A DNA stretch of 64,000 nt from positions 21,886,001 through 21,950,000 of the forward strand of contig NC_042999.1 in assembly GCF_006345805.1 (NCBI RefSeq), read 5' to 3'. Below are positions 12,704 through 25,422 of this stretch, piece by piece. Below the pieces are notes generated by a model that searched no databases, had not been told where the DNA came from, and saw only the letters and a list, made by a program, of their open reading frames with translations. Source of the DNA: Octopus sinensis (lineage: Eukaryota). The number at the start of each line of letters is the position of its first letter. The stretch's first letter is position 1. The translations under genes were made by a program, and so were the position numbers.

Positions 12704-12930
12704 ATACGTAAAAGAGTTACACTGAAGTCGGATCGATCGCCTTTTGAGTAATCTGGACCGACGCTTTGTCCAAAGAGCACGTTGATCCCCCAGATCAAAT
12801 GTGACCGATATAATACGTACAAGAAGTACACTGAAGTCGGATCAATCGCCTTTTGAGTAATCTAGACCGACGCCTAGGCCAAAGAACACGTTGCTGTTTA
12901 TCCCCTAGATCAAACGTGATCGATAAAATC
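12704..12930. repeat. Two-copy ~108-bp diverged tandem repeat
   Basis: ACACTGAAGTCGGATC(G/A)ATCGCCTTTTGAGTAATCT(G/A)GACCGACGC occurs twice in tandem. Confidence 0.85.
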
Positions 12931-13109
12931 TATGACCAAATCTATAACGTCCTAATGCTAACCACCCGGACATTTTATAGGTACAGGTGTCTAAATTAGC
13001 TAATGAATCTTCTCTTTATAAAAGACTGTAAGGGTGCATTTCTCGAAGAGTGAGAACATAAATGCTCTTTCTTTGGCCTGCTAAAATCGCATATGTTTAA
13101 CAAAGCCCA

Positions 13110-13390
13110 ACTTTTGCGCGATAACATAATTTCCTTTCCTCAAGAAAGAGATCCAAGAGGAAAAGGATCCCATCATCTTTAAACGGAGTCTGGACAGATT
13201 TCTTCAAGGAATACCAGATAAGCCACCCATACCTGGATACAACTCACTCAACAAGAACTCACTACTTGAATAGACCATAAACAAAACTTGACTTAAACAG
13301 GATTTAGATAATCCTATCAGGTGGTGCTATTAAGTTAGATATGGCCTGGAGCAATCTTTGGTCGAAACATATCTAAATTTATCTAAGTTT
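13110..13390 (+). mobile_element. CR1-group LINE 3' end remnant
   Basis: Peptide KEIQEEKDPIIFKRSL / LQGIPDKPPIPGYNSLNKNSLLE*, typical of the ORF2 C-terminus. Confidence 0.55.
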
Positions 13391-13911
13391 ATCTAACTAA
13401 TAAAGACATTTAATGTAAGAATAAACTTTCCTCCGGAGATCTTCCTCTTTGTACGCTGCCAAACAAAAGCCTTTCTGCAAAGTTGAGGTAAGTATTCTAC
13501 TTGATCGAGCGGTAAAATAGAAATGTTTTGTTGGCTCGACTGATATTTTTTTTTGTTTCACGCACTGGTAAATATTTGCCATTCTGAACAGCTGACGAAT
13601 AGACTTTAACAAGTCAAGTTCATTGATTGTTTGACAGGACGATTGATCGAACGACCGATGAGCTAATTCATTAAATGATTAACCAATTGGCAAATGAAAT
13701 TATGGTAATAACATAGAGCCAGTACGTGTGTTTATAATGGACATAATGACCCTCCTGAGATACAGCAAAATATGCTTCTACGCTCGAGTTCACATCAAAC
13801 ATCTTACAAACCAAACACTGAATTGATACTTGAAATAAAAAAGGGTAAGGCCACCAGAAATTGAAACCGTTTCACACAGATATCGATTTTTAAATCTGTT
13901 CTAGTTTATAT

Positions 13912-14163
13912 ATGGAGGCGCGTGGTTTAGTGATTAGTGTGCTTAACTCATGATCGTAAGGTTGTGGTTTCGATTCCTGGACCGGGCGACACGTTGTGTT
14001 CTTGAGCAAAACACTTCATTTCACGTTGCTCCAGTTCACTCTGCTGGCAAAAATGAGTAACGCTGCGATAGATTAGCGTCTCGTCCAGCTGGGGGGAACA
14101 CATACGCCATAGAAACCTGGAAACCGGGACCATGAGCCTGGCTAGGCTTTAAAAGGGCGCATT
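13912..14163 (+). mobile_element. SINE with family D head and tail 3
   Basis: Shares the GCTGCGATAGA..CGTCCAGCTGGGGG..GAAACCGGG..CTAGGCTTTAAAAGGG tail with 8276, 43715 and 58149. Confidence 0.8.
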
Positions 14164-15087
14164 TATTTTTTTATTTCTAGTTTATATTATTCTATTTGAC
14201 ACTACACTGCATTAGAAGCATTCTTTCTTAATATACAAAATCAAATGAGACGCTAAATTGTGAGGTGCCAAAAATGAGCGTTCTGAATAAAATAACAACT
14301 ATCTACTTATGGACATATAAACCAATCGCTCTTCCATCCAACCGAAAAAAAAGATCTTGATAATTTGAAAACAACATATAAAATGGCGTAAAAGCATAGA
14401 ACAGTAGAAAAGAAACGATTAAGGTAGAGTTTTTATTATGTGCCAAGCGGTATTGAAATAAGATTCTGTGTTAGATTACTAAGCTGTAATTCTAACACTG
14501 TGCGCAGAATATTCATCATTAATAAAAAAAAATAACAAAAACTCTGCAGGAATCATAAAGATTACAATAGAGTGATTTAAGACGTTCTTACCTCGATTCT
14601 TTAAAATAATTGATATGTATATATCGTAGGAGCAGATGAGAGACATATAACAATTTGTTTAATAAGTGTTTCTGAAGAAAATGTAGATGAATTCTAAGAT
14701 AACAATGATTTTTTTTCTCATTGACAAGACTTGTGGAACGCTATGTATGTTTAAAGTTTATCATAATGAGAAATGCTCCAACGACATCCTAGCCCTATTT
14801 CTATGGTAATAACAACGCAGGTAATATGGAATCCAGACGGTCTCAGCGAGGATAATCACTTTTCAAGCATTATGTTGACTAAGAATGATTCTATTCCAGT
14901 CAATTCATAATTTTTTGTGGTTGAGTGTATATTATAGAACTAGTTTAAACCAAACCTTCAAATTCTACCTTACGTATTATTCACATGACCGAGAAATGCG
15001 GCCATTGAAGAGGCCCAAAAAGCTGAAATGCATCTGGCATCCTTGCTTGCAACTCTCGTAATAGATTCTCTCTTTCTCTCTCTCTCA

Positions 15088-15118
<31 letters not shown>

Positions 15119-15705
15119 CTAATATTCGCTATATTTTTAACACAGTAAGTCCATCTGTCTCAGGATAAGTACTGCAGTATCTGACCTATCAACAATGTGT
15201 ATGTATTAAGTATGACACATAGAGGGCCATATTAATTAGATACACCCTCAAAAACATATGCACGATACGAAAACTTCTTTCGAAAACGATCATGTTATTT
15301 CATTTTTCTGTGAATCTTAAAATAGTAAATCATTTTTAAGAAAAACTTTCCTTATCGATATATATATATATATATATATAATATATATATATATATAGAT
15401 GAGTGTATTTTTACCTTGTTAACAATTAACACGGAAAAAATAAATAAATAGTTACCAGGACAGCAAAAATATCACAAGTAAAGGTGTTGTAAACAATATT
15501 AATAGCGTTCTGTCTATCGCTATACAAATCCATCATTTTTTGCTAAAATGTCTTCTTCACGAGTTTCGTTTTTTTTTGCACTTTCCTGAGGAGAAGATTG
15601 CATTGTTTATACCATTTATTCTTTAGAATAGCATCAGTGGAATTTTCGAAACATGTGTCGAACGTAAAAATATTTGATTACACCTGCGTTAACTCCATTT
15701 TTTTA

Positions 15706-15844
<139 letters not shown>

Positions 15845-15879
15845 AAGTTAATCCAAACATGAAAACATAACAACGCGAG

Positions 15880-16041
15880 GACGTGGAACAAATATAGTAT
15901 TATTGGACGACGCTCAGGAAGGAAGGGAAGAAGGAGGGTTTTACGCTTCGAGCAGAGCTCTTCGTCAGGAACATTGGAAAAGGAAGATCCAGAGAAGGGA
16001 AGACGGAGGAAAAAAATCGTCAACGGTACACACGCGGTCAC

Positions 16042-16045
<4 letters not shown>
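15880..16045 (-). mobile_element. Penelope-like terminal relic with degenerate minimal hammerhead-like motif
   Basis: Minus strand reads CTGACGA A GAGC TCT GCTC GAAG CGTA; related to motifs at 18345 and 46681. Confidence 0.45.
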
Positions 16046-16120
<75 letters not shown>

Positions 16121-16245
16121 AAATATTCTGTAATTATATACGTAATTATAATAAGAGGTCAGCTGAGTGCTTTGGCCACGTACTGACTACTTGGTAAAAT
16201 CATTAATTAAATTTACCCTATATTATTATATACATACATATACAT

Positions 16246-16323
<78 letters not shown>

Positions 16324-16350
16324 GTATAAATATGTGTGTATACACATACG

Positions 16351-16382
<32 letters not shown>

Positions 16383-16529
16383 ATATAAATAAGGATAAGA
16401 TCGTTATTAAATTTTGAACTTATCTAGTGGCCAGCATGGGAATAAAAACCTTCAAAGAATACCCTAAATTATAATTTTATATAGATCGATAGATAGATAG
16501 ATAGATAGAAAGATATAGATATTGATAGG

Positions 16530-16569
<40 letters not shown>

Positions 16570-16595
16570 ATAAGAGAGAGAGAGATATTGATAGG

Positions 16596-16628
<33 letters not shown>

Positions 16629-16633
16629 TAGAT

Positions 16634-16677
<44 letters not shown>

Positions 16678-17637
16678 ATACATTAAAAGGCTTCCAAATA
16701 AAGAAGCAAGTGCCAGATACACAAGGAGGGGATAAATTCATGAAATGGAATGAAAATTAAAAACGTTTACCATCTCAGCTAATCCTATGCTGCAGTTTCA
16801 TCTTTTTTTTAGCAAATAAATAGAATTCATCTGCCAAGGCCAGACTCGTCAGCAGGAAGCCTTTATAATCAAAGCTGTACATATCGCTAGAAGCACGTAC
16901 AAATCTAGCGATCTGTATACTCTAACTTTTCAGACCAGTGCGCAGACGCAAACAATACCCGGCGAACAGAGGGGATGCCGGTAAAAATTTACTAGCAAAT
17001 TTAACAAGCAATATTTAAAACATAGTAAATAGGGTAATAAAAATAAATTCTTATTACCAGTGACCTAGCATACATACATTGTAATCCACGTAGACCATAA
17101 GTTTACATTCTGCTGCTTTTCCGATACGTAAATTCAAATTTCGAGCACCAGATAGTGTACAGTTAGAGTATTGTAGAATAATACAAAATCCCGTAAAATG
17201 ATACATTTTTAATCAGCGTGTGCACGTCTCGGATATCCTAGTATTACACAATTCTGCAACGTGTCCATTATGGATTTTAATCCATGAATATTTGATCGAA
17301 TAATGTTCTATGGGGATCAAGAAATTTAGAATAAGCATATTTTTATCAAATCTTCACCACGCAGTTTTGAATAAAGAAAAGTTTACGGGGAATAAATACT
17401 AGTAACTATTTGACTATTACGAAGAATAGGTATGTGTACCAAGAGACCTGCTCAGAAGACGTGAGATTGCTATAGTACTGAAATATCATATGGATAAAGT
17501 CCGACCACATTTATATTTCTTAATCACTCCAATTATTTCGGAGTTATGTAGAGCTAAAGTGGCTTATTAAATATATTATTTATGTCTCAATGATATTTCA
17601 TTTGATAAGTATTAATTCTAAATATTAACTCTGTGTA

Positions 17638-17850
17638 GGAGACAGGTTAGTTAGCGAGAAACGCAAAAGGAAATAATCAGAATATTATTTATTAAAGCCC
17701 TTATTCTGTTTAGAAGATAGTTTTTGTAAAGGAATAAATGTTTCAAAAAAATAACAATAAAAAATGACATAAAATAACAATAAAACAATTCAAGTTAATG
17801 AGAAAGAAATTAAAACTAATTAGTTTAATTGTTACAATTGTAATTATTTC

Positions 17851-17907
<57 letters not shown>

Positions 17908-18219
17908 TTAAAACTTTGAAATTATTTTACTTTTCAACTATGTTTACGTTATTTTTTCATTTTTTAATTATTTCTCTATGACATTTTAGTTTATGTATTT
18001 CTATGTCTATTTTTTATGTTTTAATTAATTTTAATTTATTACTAACTAGCTCTAATTTCTCTTTTTTTTTATAGTTTAGGTTATCTTGACCATATTGCAA
18101 TTATTTTAAATTCTAAATATTTATTACTCTAAGAATTACAATTTCTTCAAAATAAAAGAAACTAGCCAATAATTTGCTGAATATTTCTTTTTGCGTTTCT
18201 CGCTAAATAGCCTATCTCA
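17638..18219. mobile_element. AT-rich TIR element
   Basis: GACAGGTTAGTTAGCGAGAAACGCAAAAGGAAATAATCAG versus the reverse complement of CTGAATATTTCTTTTTGCGTTTCTCGCTAAATAGCCTATC; (TAT)n inside. Confidence 0.65.
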
Positions 18220-18468
18220 TTGCATAAAGCTTATATTTAGAACTAACACAGATCAAATGGCACTCCATATTAAATGAACAGCTTTAGTTATACATACACC
18301 ATATATACCTTATTTTCTCTCTCTGCTTATTTCTGTTTTCATTTCTGTTGAAGAGCATAGGCTCGAAACGTAAAAGACTTTCTCACTTCCCGAGCGTAAT
18401 GCTAATACATATGTTTGTTGTTTACACATCCATCTTCGTCTTTTGTTTTGTTTTTTTGTAAAGTCCAA

Positions 18469-18547
<79 letters not shown>

Positions 18548-18612
18548 GGTCCCGGGTTGAGTCGGGGTTAACCACAGTAAATAAGGTACTCAATACATAG
18601 CAGAGTAAATTA

Positions 18613-18742
18613 ATTTATTATATAGAAGGAGCTTCTACAGGACTAGAACTGTTTCATTCAAAAGAAATCATCAGGAAGCTTCCTGATGATTTCTTTTGAA
18701 TGAAACAGTTATAGTCCTGTAGAAGCTCCTTCTATATAATAA

Positions 18743-18744
<2 letters not shown>
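18613..18744. repeat. 132-bp spacerless palindrome with hammerhead-like core in each arm
   Basis: Centre AAG|CTT at 18678/18679, one mismatch between arms; each arm reads CTGATGA..GAAAC..GTC. Confidence 0.9.
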
Positions 18745-18779
<35 letters not shown>

Positions 18780-18803
18780 ATATATATATATTATATTATA
18801 TAT

Positions 18804-18851
<48 letters not shown>

Positions 18852-19139
18852 ATAATATATATATAATATATACATATATATATATATATAGACAGCCGAA
18901 ATCTGCGATGAGGAATCGGTTTCTGACTGAAGTACGAAGGCTTTGAATGACCCGTGTGTCTCTTATGTTCGTCCCTTCGTGTATTTCACGTTATTTATAT
19001 ATGTAAAGGTTTATATATATATATATATGTATGTATGTATGTATGTATCCATATATATGTATGTTTGTGTGTATATATATATATATGTATGTGTGTGTGT
19101 ATGTGTGTATATATATATATATATATGAGGGGCGTACAC

Positions 19140-19450
19140 TCATGACTGAGTAAGACCATTGCTGACCTTTAGGAACATTGTGCGCGCTGGGACTAGCTTA
19201 TGTTCTGCATTTGCGGCTCCGTTGGTGGCTAATGAGCTCTGCTCTTTACAAGCATACACGGCTGCAAACATTGTAGACCAAGCTTTCCCCACTCACTACG
19301 CCAGCAGTGCGCTTTTGAGCAGCACGCTTAAGTTCTTCATGCAGAATACGTGCTCTTTCAAAGGTGTCGACCCTCTCATTAGCCTGTTTCCTCTACCTGT
19401 GGCGATGACAGGCCTTGCTCTCCCAGTCGGTTTCCTGCATATCACAGGCC
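19140..19450 (-). mobile_element. RTE (BovB-like) LINE 3' end
   Basis: Peptide ETDWESKACHRHR*RKQ..FERAR..KRAAQK..NVCSRVCL*RAELISHQR, the decayed C2H2-like terminus of RTE ORF2. Confidence 0.75.
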
Positions 19451-19756
19451 TTTATCTAATTGCATATATATGCGACTACATACATATATACACACGAAAA
19501 CACACTCACATTCATATGCATACATATTGATAATATACGTGTGTGTACGCGTGTGGGTGTGTGCTCGCGTGTGTTTGGGGTTATTTTTTTGTACCTCACT
19601 TCCGCTTGACAACCGATGTTGTTGTGTATAGGTCCTGGAAAAATTGACTGATAAAATAACCTGACTTAACAGTTTAGCCTTCAAATTACTCTATAAGTCT
19701 TACTCTTACTACTCAAATTACTCTTATTTATTCACATTGTTTTGCATTAATCATGT

Positions 19757-20415
19757 AATATCTTGTAGCTTCCCTTACGTTATGAGTTCAAATTCCGCAG
19801 AGATGAAATTTGCCTTTCATTCTTTCGGGGTCGATAAATTAAGTACCAGTTGTGTACCGGGGTCAATCGAATCGGCTGGTTCCTCCCCAAAAATTGTGGG
19901 TCTTGTGCCTAGAGTAGAAAAGAATATCTTGTAGCTTCCATTACGTTCTGAGTTCAAATTCCGCCGAGGTCGAATTTGCATTTCATCCTTTCGGGGTTGA
20001 TAAATCAAGTACCAATTGTGTACTGTAGTCGATCTAATCGACTGGCCCCCTCGCCTGAAAGTTTCAGGCCTTGTACCTAGAGTAGAAAAGGATATTTTGT
20101 AACTTCCTCTACGTTCTGAGTTCAAATTCCTCCGAGGTTGAATTTGCCTTTCATTCTTTCGGGGTCGATAAATTAAGTACCAGTTGCGTACCGGGGTCAA
20201 TCGAATCGGCTGGTTCCTCCCCCAAAATTGTGGGTCTTGTGCCTAGAGTAGAAAAGAATATCTTGTAGCTTCCATTACGTTCTGAGTTCAAATTCCGCCG
20301 AAATCAACTTTGCCTTTCATCCTTTTGGGGTCGATGAATTAAGTACCAGTTGCGTCCCCCTCCTCCAAAATGTCGGGTATTATGCCTAGAGTAGAAAAGA
20401 ATGTCTTATAGCTTC
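19757..20415 (+). repeat. Tandem array of four ~167-bp headless SINE C-variant units
   Basis: Each unit runs ATATCTTGTAGCTTCC..GTTCTGAGTTCAAATTCC..CCTAGAGTAGAAAAG; units 1 and 3 share diagnostic variants. Confidence 0.9.
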
Positions 20416-21029
20416 AAGATTTCGATGATGTGATTGTTTATTTTTACAATGACATTGTAGGATTGATCTGAGAGGCAAGATATGGCCGATTTGAGCTCAG
20501 GACAACTGGACGATTTAGGCTTGATGTAACCCGTTTAAATGCTGAAGTGTGAAAACTAATATATTTGGGGGGGGGGGCGCAAGATTTTTTTTATTACTAA
20601 AACCTTCAAGGTAGTGCCCCAGTATGACCGTAGTCCAGAAACAAGTACAAATATAATACATAAAATGTAAGTAGATTGTTCAGTTGATCAAAAACCTGAC
20701 TGCTCACCGTCGACACCGACGGAAAGCCGGTGCATGTCTGTATAGCTGTATGTTGTCTGTGTCTTTGTCCTTGCTTTTGTATGTTGTTTTTGTTGTTTTG
20801 TTTGCGTATTTATTTGTGTGAATGTGTTTGTGGGTGCGGGTGTTTGTGTGAGTGTGTGGGATGTGTGTGTGTGTGTGTGTGTATGTATGCGTGTACTTAG
20901 CTTTGTTTTGATTTTATTGTTTTTTAATATTTGGTTGTTTTATGTTTTTTTTTTTTTGGGTTTTGTTTTCCTACATTAATAGTTTCCGAGAAAAGTGTTT
21001 AAGTGAAACAAATTAAATATAATTGATTT

Positions 21030-21356
21030 CACCACCATCACCACCATCAGCAGCAGCAGCAGCAGCAGCAGTGAGTGGAGGGAGTATAACCATCACCAAT
21101 GGATATATGATAACGAAGTTGATGAAATGATGATGATGATGATGATGATGATGATGGTCATCATCATCATCGTCATCATCATACTTATCATCATTATTAT
21201 CATCATTATCATCATCATCATCATCTTCACTGTCGTCGTCGTCATCATCACCATGATCACCATCGTTTTCCCTGTGACTAAAATAAGAGAACTGGAAAGG
21301 GAGTAACCGCAGGAGCAGCGACAGCAGCAGCGGCAGTAGTGGTAGTAGTAGTAGTG

Positions 21357-21396
<40 letters not shown>

Positions 21397-21557
21397 CAGC
21401 AGCAACAGTTGTAGTATTAGTAGTAGTTAGTAGTAGTAGTAGTAGTAGTAGTAGCTGCAGCAGCAGCAGCTGTAGTAGTAGTAGTAATAGTAGTAGTAGT
21501 AGTAGTAGTGTGGCAGCAGCATTTGTTGTAGTAGTAGTAGTAGTGGTAGTGGTAGTG

Positions 21558-21588
<31 letters not shown>

Positions 21589-21648
21589 CAGTAGTAGTAG
21601 TAGTGGTAGTGGTAGTGGTAGTAGCAGCAGCAGCAGCTGTAGTAGTAA

Positions 21649-21680
<32 letters not shown>

Positions 21681-21830
21681 TCAGCAGCAGTTGTAGTATT
21701 AGTATTAGTAGTAGTAGTAGTAGTAGTGGCGGTGGTGGTGGTGGTGGTGGTGGTTTTGGTGGAAGTGGAGGAGGAGGAGGGTAATTGTTGTAGTAATAGC
21801 AATAAATTTTGTTGTTGTTTTTGAGCGACT
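21030..21830. repeat. Compound trinucleotide repeat field (CAG/GAT/CAT/TAG/GTG)
   Basis: Seen directly; source of the poly-T/V/L/S ORFs in the track. Confidence 0.95.
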
Positions 21831-22189
21831 CCATTACTAATTTTATCTTTTTATTTCTATTTTGTTCTTTTTTTGTTTTTGTTTTTTTTTCACGATGTTA
21901 AAACGAGAGAATGGGATATTTATACCGATCATGTCTCTCAAATGCGTCAATAAGGAGAACGAAATCCTGTTCCTTTATCGAGGAATCGAGCCTCAAATAG
22001 TCAGGATTCTTTTTTTTTTTTTTCTGCTTTCCAAGTGGAAACAGGGCTTATGGTAGTTTCGCCTCATAGCCTGACCCACGTGTATTGATGGTATAAATGT
22101 GGCAAAATATTTGACAGCTGGGAATTGAAACTGTTTGTGGACATGGTTTGCTAAAAATGTAATTGATATTCATACTACATTTATCTTTT

Positions 22190-22635
22190 ACCTTCTATTT
22201 GTTTCAGCCGTTGGCCTATGGCCACGCTGGAGCACCGCCTTGAAATGTATTAGTTAAACAAATCGATACAAACATTTGCATTTTTTGTTTTGTTTTTTGG
22301 GAGTTCTTCTTTTTTGGCGGGCTGCCTTGTTTTTGTTCGATGTCTGGTATTTATTCTATCGTCGTCTTTTGCCGAACTGCTATGTTACTGGAACGTAAAC
22401 AAACCAACACAGGTTGTCAAGTTATGATGGGTCACAGACGCAAACACAAAGAAACTCACACACATTTGTATACTACAGGTTTTCACACAGTTTTTGTCTA
22501 CAAAATTCACTCACAATACAACGGTTGGTCCGGGGTTAAATTGAAGGCAATTACCCAAGGTACTGCGGGGTGATACTGAACCCGAAATTACGCGGTGGCA
22601 AAGCGAGCGTCTTAACCGCACTGCCATGCTTTCGC
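22190..22635 (-). mobile_element. Degenerate SINE B
   Basis: Reverse complement of the family B tail (TTGTTTCAG..GGCCACGCTGGAGCACCGCC) and a decayed head. Confidence 0.6.
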
Positions 22636-23557
22636 GTGTGTCGGTATAAAAGGAATTATCAACGTTGGTGTCATTGACTCGATCCAGGTTTGCCAGATCG
22701 AACAGCCTCTTGAACAAGAGAGTAGTGCATGTAGCAATTAAAATGGGATCATGAATATTTAATAATACACATCAAGTTATCTTCATTATAATTTCGTTCC
22801 CATGCTTGTCCTGTATGTCAGCCATCTTCGGGGCGTTCAAAAACAATATTTTGGTTTCACAAAATATTTGCTCAGAGGTTCTCAAATGTTTTAGTCCACC
22901 ACCCTCCTCATGGCCACATAATACCCCCGACCCCCGCTTTTAGGTATAAATAAATATTTTGTATTTTAATGATTTTTATATGATATGAATTATTTGATAT
23001 TTATTATAATATTGTGTATTTTGTATACAATACTATAATAATACATTATTTACATTCGACGGATATTTGTCTTCATCTTCTTTGTTGTTAACACAACGTT
23101 TCGGCTGATATAACCTCCATCCTTGGGGAAATTTCGAACCTAGGTTCTCATTCCTAAGGTATTTTTCGATGTTATTATCATTATTATTGCTGCTCAGATC
23201 ACTGCTTGGAATCGAACTCGGAATCTTGTAGTTAGTAGCCCGGGTTCTTAACCACCCCACCATATTATAAGAGTGAATTTTAGGGATTATAAATCCAATA
23301 TTTTTCTATCCTTCCTTAATTCCGGTTCCCATGTGCTGCTCACATCTGCACTCGGTCTGCTTGGAAGGTTGTTGTGTCCTAGCATATGTGCTGCTTCTTT
23401 TAGTTTTCGTATTTCGCAAGCATCTCCTTCGAGTAAAACCACCAATAGAAGAGAATATGACCAAAAACTGCATGCAGCTGTGGTAGGTTATACAAAGGAG
23501 AAAGACGCCGCCCCCTCAAAATAAGGGTAGACAAACATCGCCAAGCTGTGACACGAG

Positions 23558-23916
23558 TTAGTTAGTTAGTTAATTTTTGGCTCAAAAAGCAAAAAGCAAG
23601 GCCATATATGGGGACATGGAGTTACGTACAGGGTGGTGTTCATGTAAAGAGTTCAGGCCACTTGTGGTCAAGGGAGACTTTGAACCGAGCGGTCGTCGGC
23701 ATCTTCACCATCTCGTCCGGCAGCTTATTCCCCGGATCCGCAACCCGGACGGAGAAAGCCCCTCACCTTAGATTGAGATGAAATCGTCGCAGATAGAGCT
23801 TTTCGGAGTGACCCCGCAGCCGACGCTCTGGAGCAGGAGTGAAGAGCAGTTCTTTCGAGAGGTTACACTTTCAGCTTATGATGTTGTGAGCAAGAATGAG
23901 ATCACCACGGCGTCGT
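23558..23916 (-). mobile_element. CR1 LINE 3' end with (TAAC)n tail
   Basis: Reverse complement of 27030-27390; inserted into the Penelope ORF. Confidence 0.9.
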
Positions 23917-24023
23917 AGATGTTGATAGATCGGGTATAACTGATCATGTATGGAAAAAAATGGAGACCACCTCCCCCTATGGGATGAAGTTAAAATAATA
24001 GACAGAGAACACCATTGGAAAAT

Positions 24024-24410
24024 GGATGGAAGCACTCCGTCGATTACGACGACGAGGGTTCCGGTTGATCCCAATCAACGGAACAGCCTGCTCGTGAAAT
24101 TAACGTGTAAGTGGCTGAGCACTCCACAGACACGTGTACCCTTAACGTAGTTCTCGGGGATATTCAGCGTGACACAGAGAGTGACAAGGCCGGCCCTTTG
24201 AAATACAGGTACAACAGAAACAGGAAGTAAGAGTGAGAGAAATTTGTGGTGAAGGAGTACAGCAGGGATCACCACCATCCCCTGCCGGAGCCTCGTGGAG
24301 CTTTAGGCGTTTTCGCTCAATAAACACTCACAACACCCGGTCTGGGAATCGAAACCGCGATCCTATGACCGCGAGTCCGCTGCCCTAACCACTGGGCCAT
24401 TGCGCCTCCA
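24024..24410 (-). mobile_element. SINE family A, tail 1, with TSD
   Basis: TSD TGGAAAAT at 24016-24023 and 24412-24419. Confidence 0.9.
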
Positions 24411-24840
24411 GTGGAAAATACGAACTAAAAGAAGCAGCACATATGCTAGGACACAACAACCTCCTAAGCAAACCGAGTGCAGATATGAGCAATATATGGG
24501 AACCGCTTAGTATTTTGCCCCGCGTGCTAACGATTCTGCCAGCTCGCCGCCCTAGCCACGCTAATTCGATGCTGACCTATTTTGATGTCAGTCATTTTAA
24601 TGGATCTCTAGTTGTAATTTTTCTCCCGATTTCATGTTTGTTTCATTCTCGCCCTCTCCCCCTCTCTCTCCCTCTCTCCTTCTGATTATGCTCATGATCA
24701 TATTTCTGTTATCTGTATAAGGAGAGGGAAAGTATTTATGTCAATCGTATTTAATTAATAATTTGTAATCTCTCGCTTCTCCTTCCCTTTCTATATCTCT
24801 CACTCTTTTTATTTACATGTGTGTATATATATATATATAT

Positions 24841-25147
24841 ATCACGTGATCACGTGACCGTCCAGACCATCAGATGTTGCTACACATCGCTGGTCACAAT
24901 GCGTTCGCATTGTTTTAACCATTGGACGACGCCACCCCGCTGGCTAAGCGAGCAGGCCAACAGAAGAAAGAGTGAGAGAAAGTTGTGGTGAAAGAGTACA
25001 GCAGGGATCACCACCCACTGCCGGAGCCTCGTGGAGCTTTTAGGTGTTTTCGCTCAATAAACACGCACAACGCCCGGTCTGGGAATCGAAACCGCTATCC
25101 TCCGACCGCGAGTCCGCTGCGCTAACCACTGGGCCATTGCGCCTCCA
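24841..25147 (-). mobile_element. SINE family A, tail 2
   Basis: Reverse complement of 1692-2000. Confidence 0.85.
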
Positions 25148-25422
25148 CGTGTGTATATATACGCCCCTGTAAGTGTTTTGTATTTGCGTGTATGTGCGTG
25201 TATATTTGTGTGTGTATGGGTGTGGTGTGTGTGTGTGTATTTGCTATCAGCAGCAGCAGATGTTGACTGTCCATTCGGCCGCGCTAAATCGCCAGCATCC
25301 AAGCATCTGCACCAAATCGTCCTATTTCAGAGGAGATTGGTAGCACTTCGTCGCACATCCTCCATTTCTCCGTTTCAACGAGTAAACTAATTTCTAATTG
25401 GTCTCCGACAATCTTCCTTAAA

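Larger units (their letters stand above)
23040..24510 (+). mobile_element. Penelope-like element remnant (GIY-YIG domain) with inverted 3'-end copy, interrupted by a CR1 and a SINE
   Basis: After removing the inserts: RKHLLRVKPPIEENMTKNC..CSCGRLYKGERRRPLKIRVDKHRQAVTR / DVDRSGITDHVWK..DHLPLWDEVKIIDREHHWK..KEAAHMLGHNNLLSKPSADMSNIWEPL. 23040-23413 is the reverse complement of the element's 3' end. Confidence 0.85.

Noticed and set aside
13420-13495. Plus-strand donor GAG|gtaagt suggesting a second gene
   Set aside because: No convincing acceptor or partner exons.
14972-15035. Alternative minus-strand exon ending AATAC|gtaagg
   Set aside because: Open only in phase 2 with a weak acceptor, so it is incompatible with exon 12211, which has much stronger splice signals.
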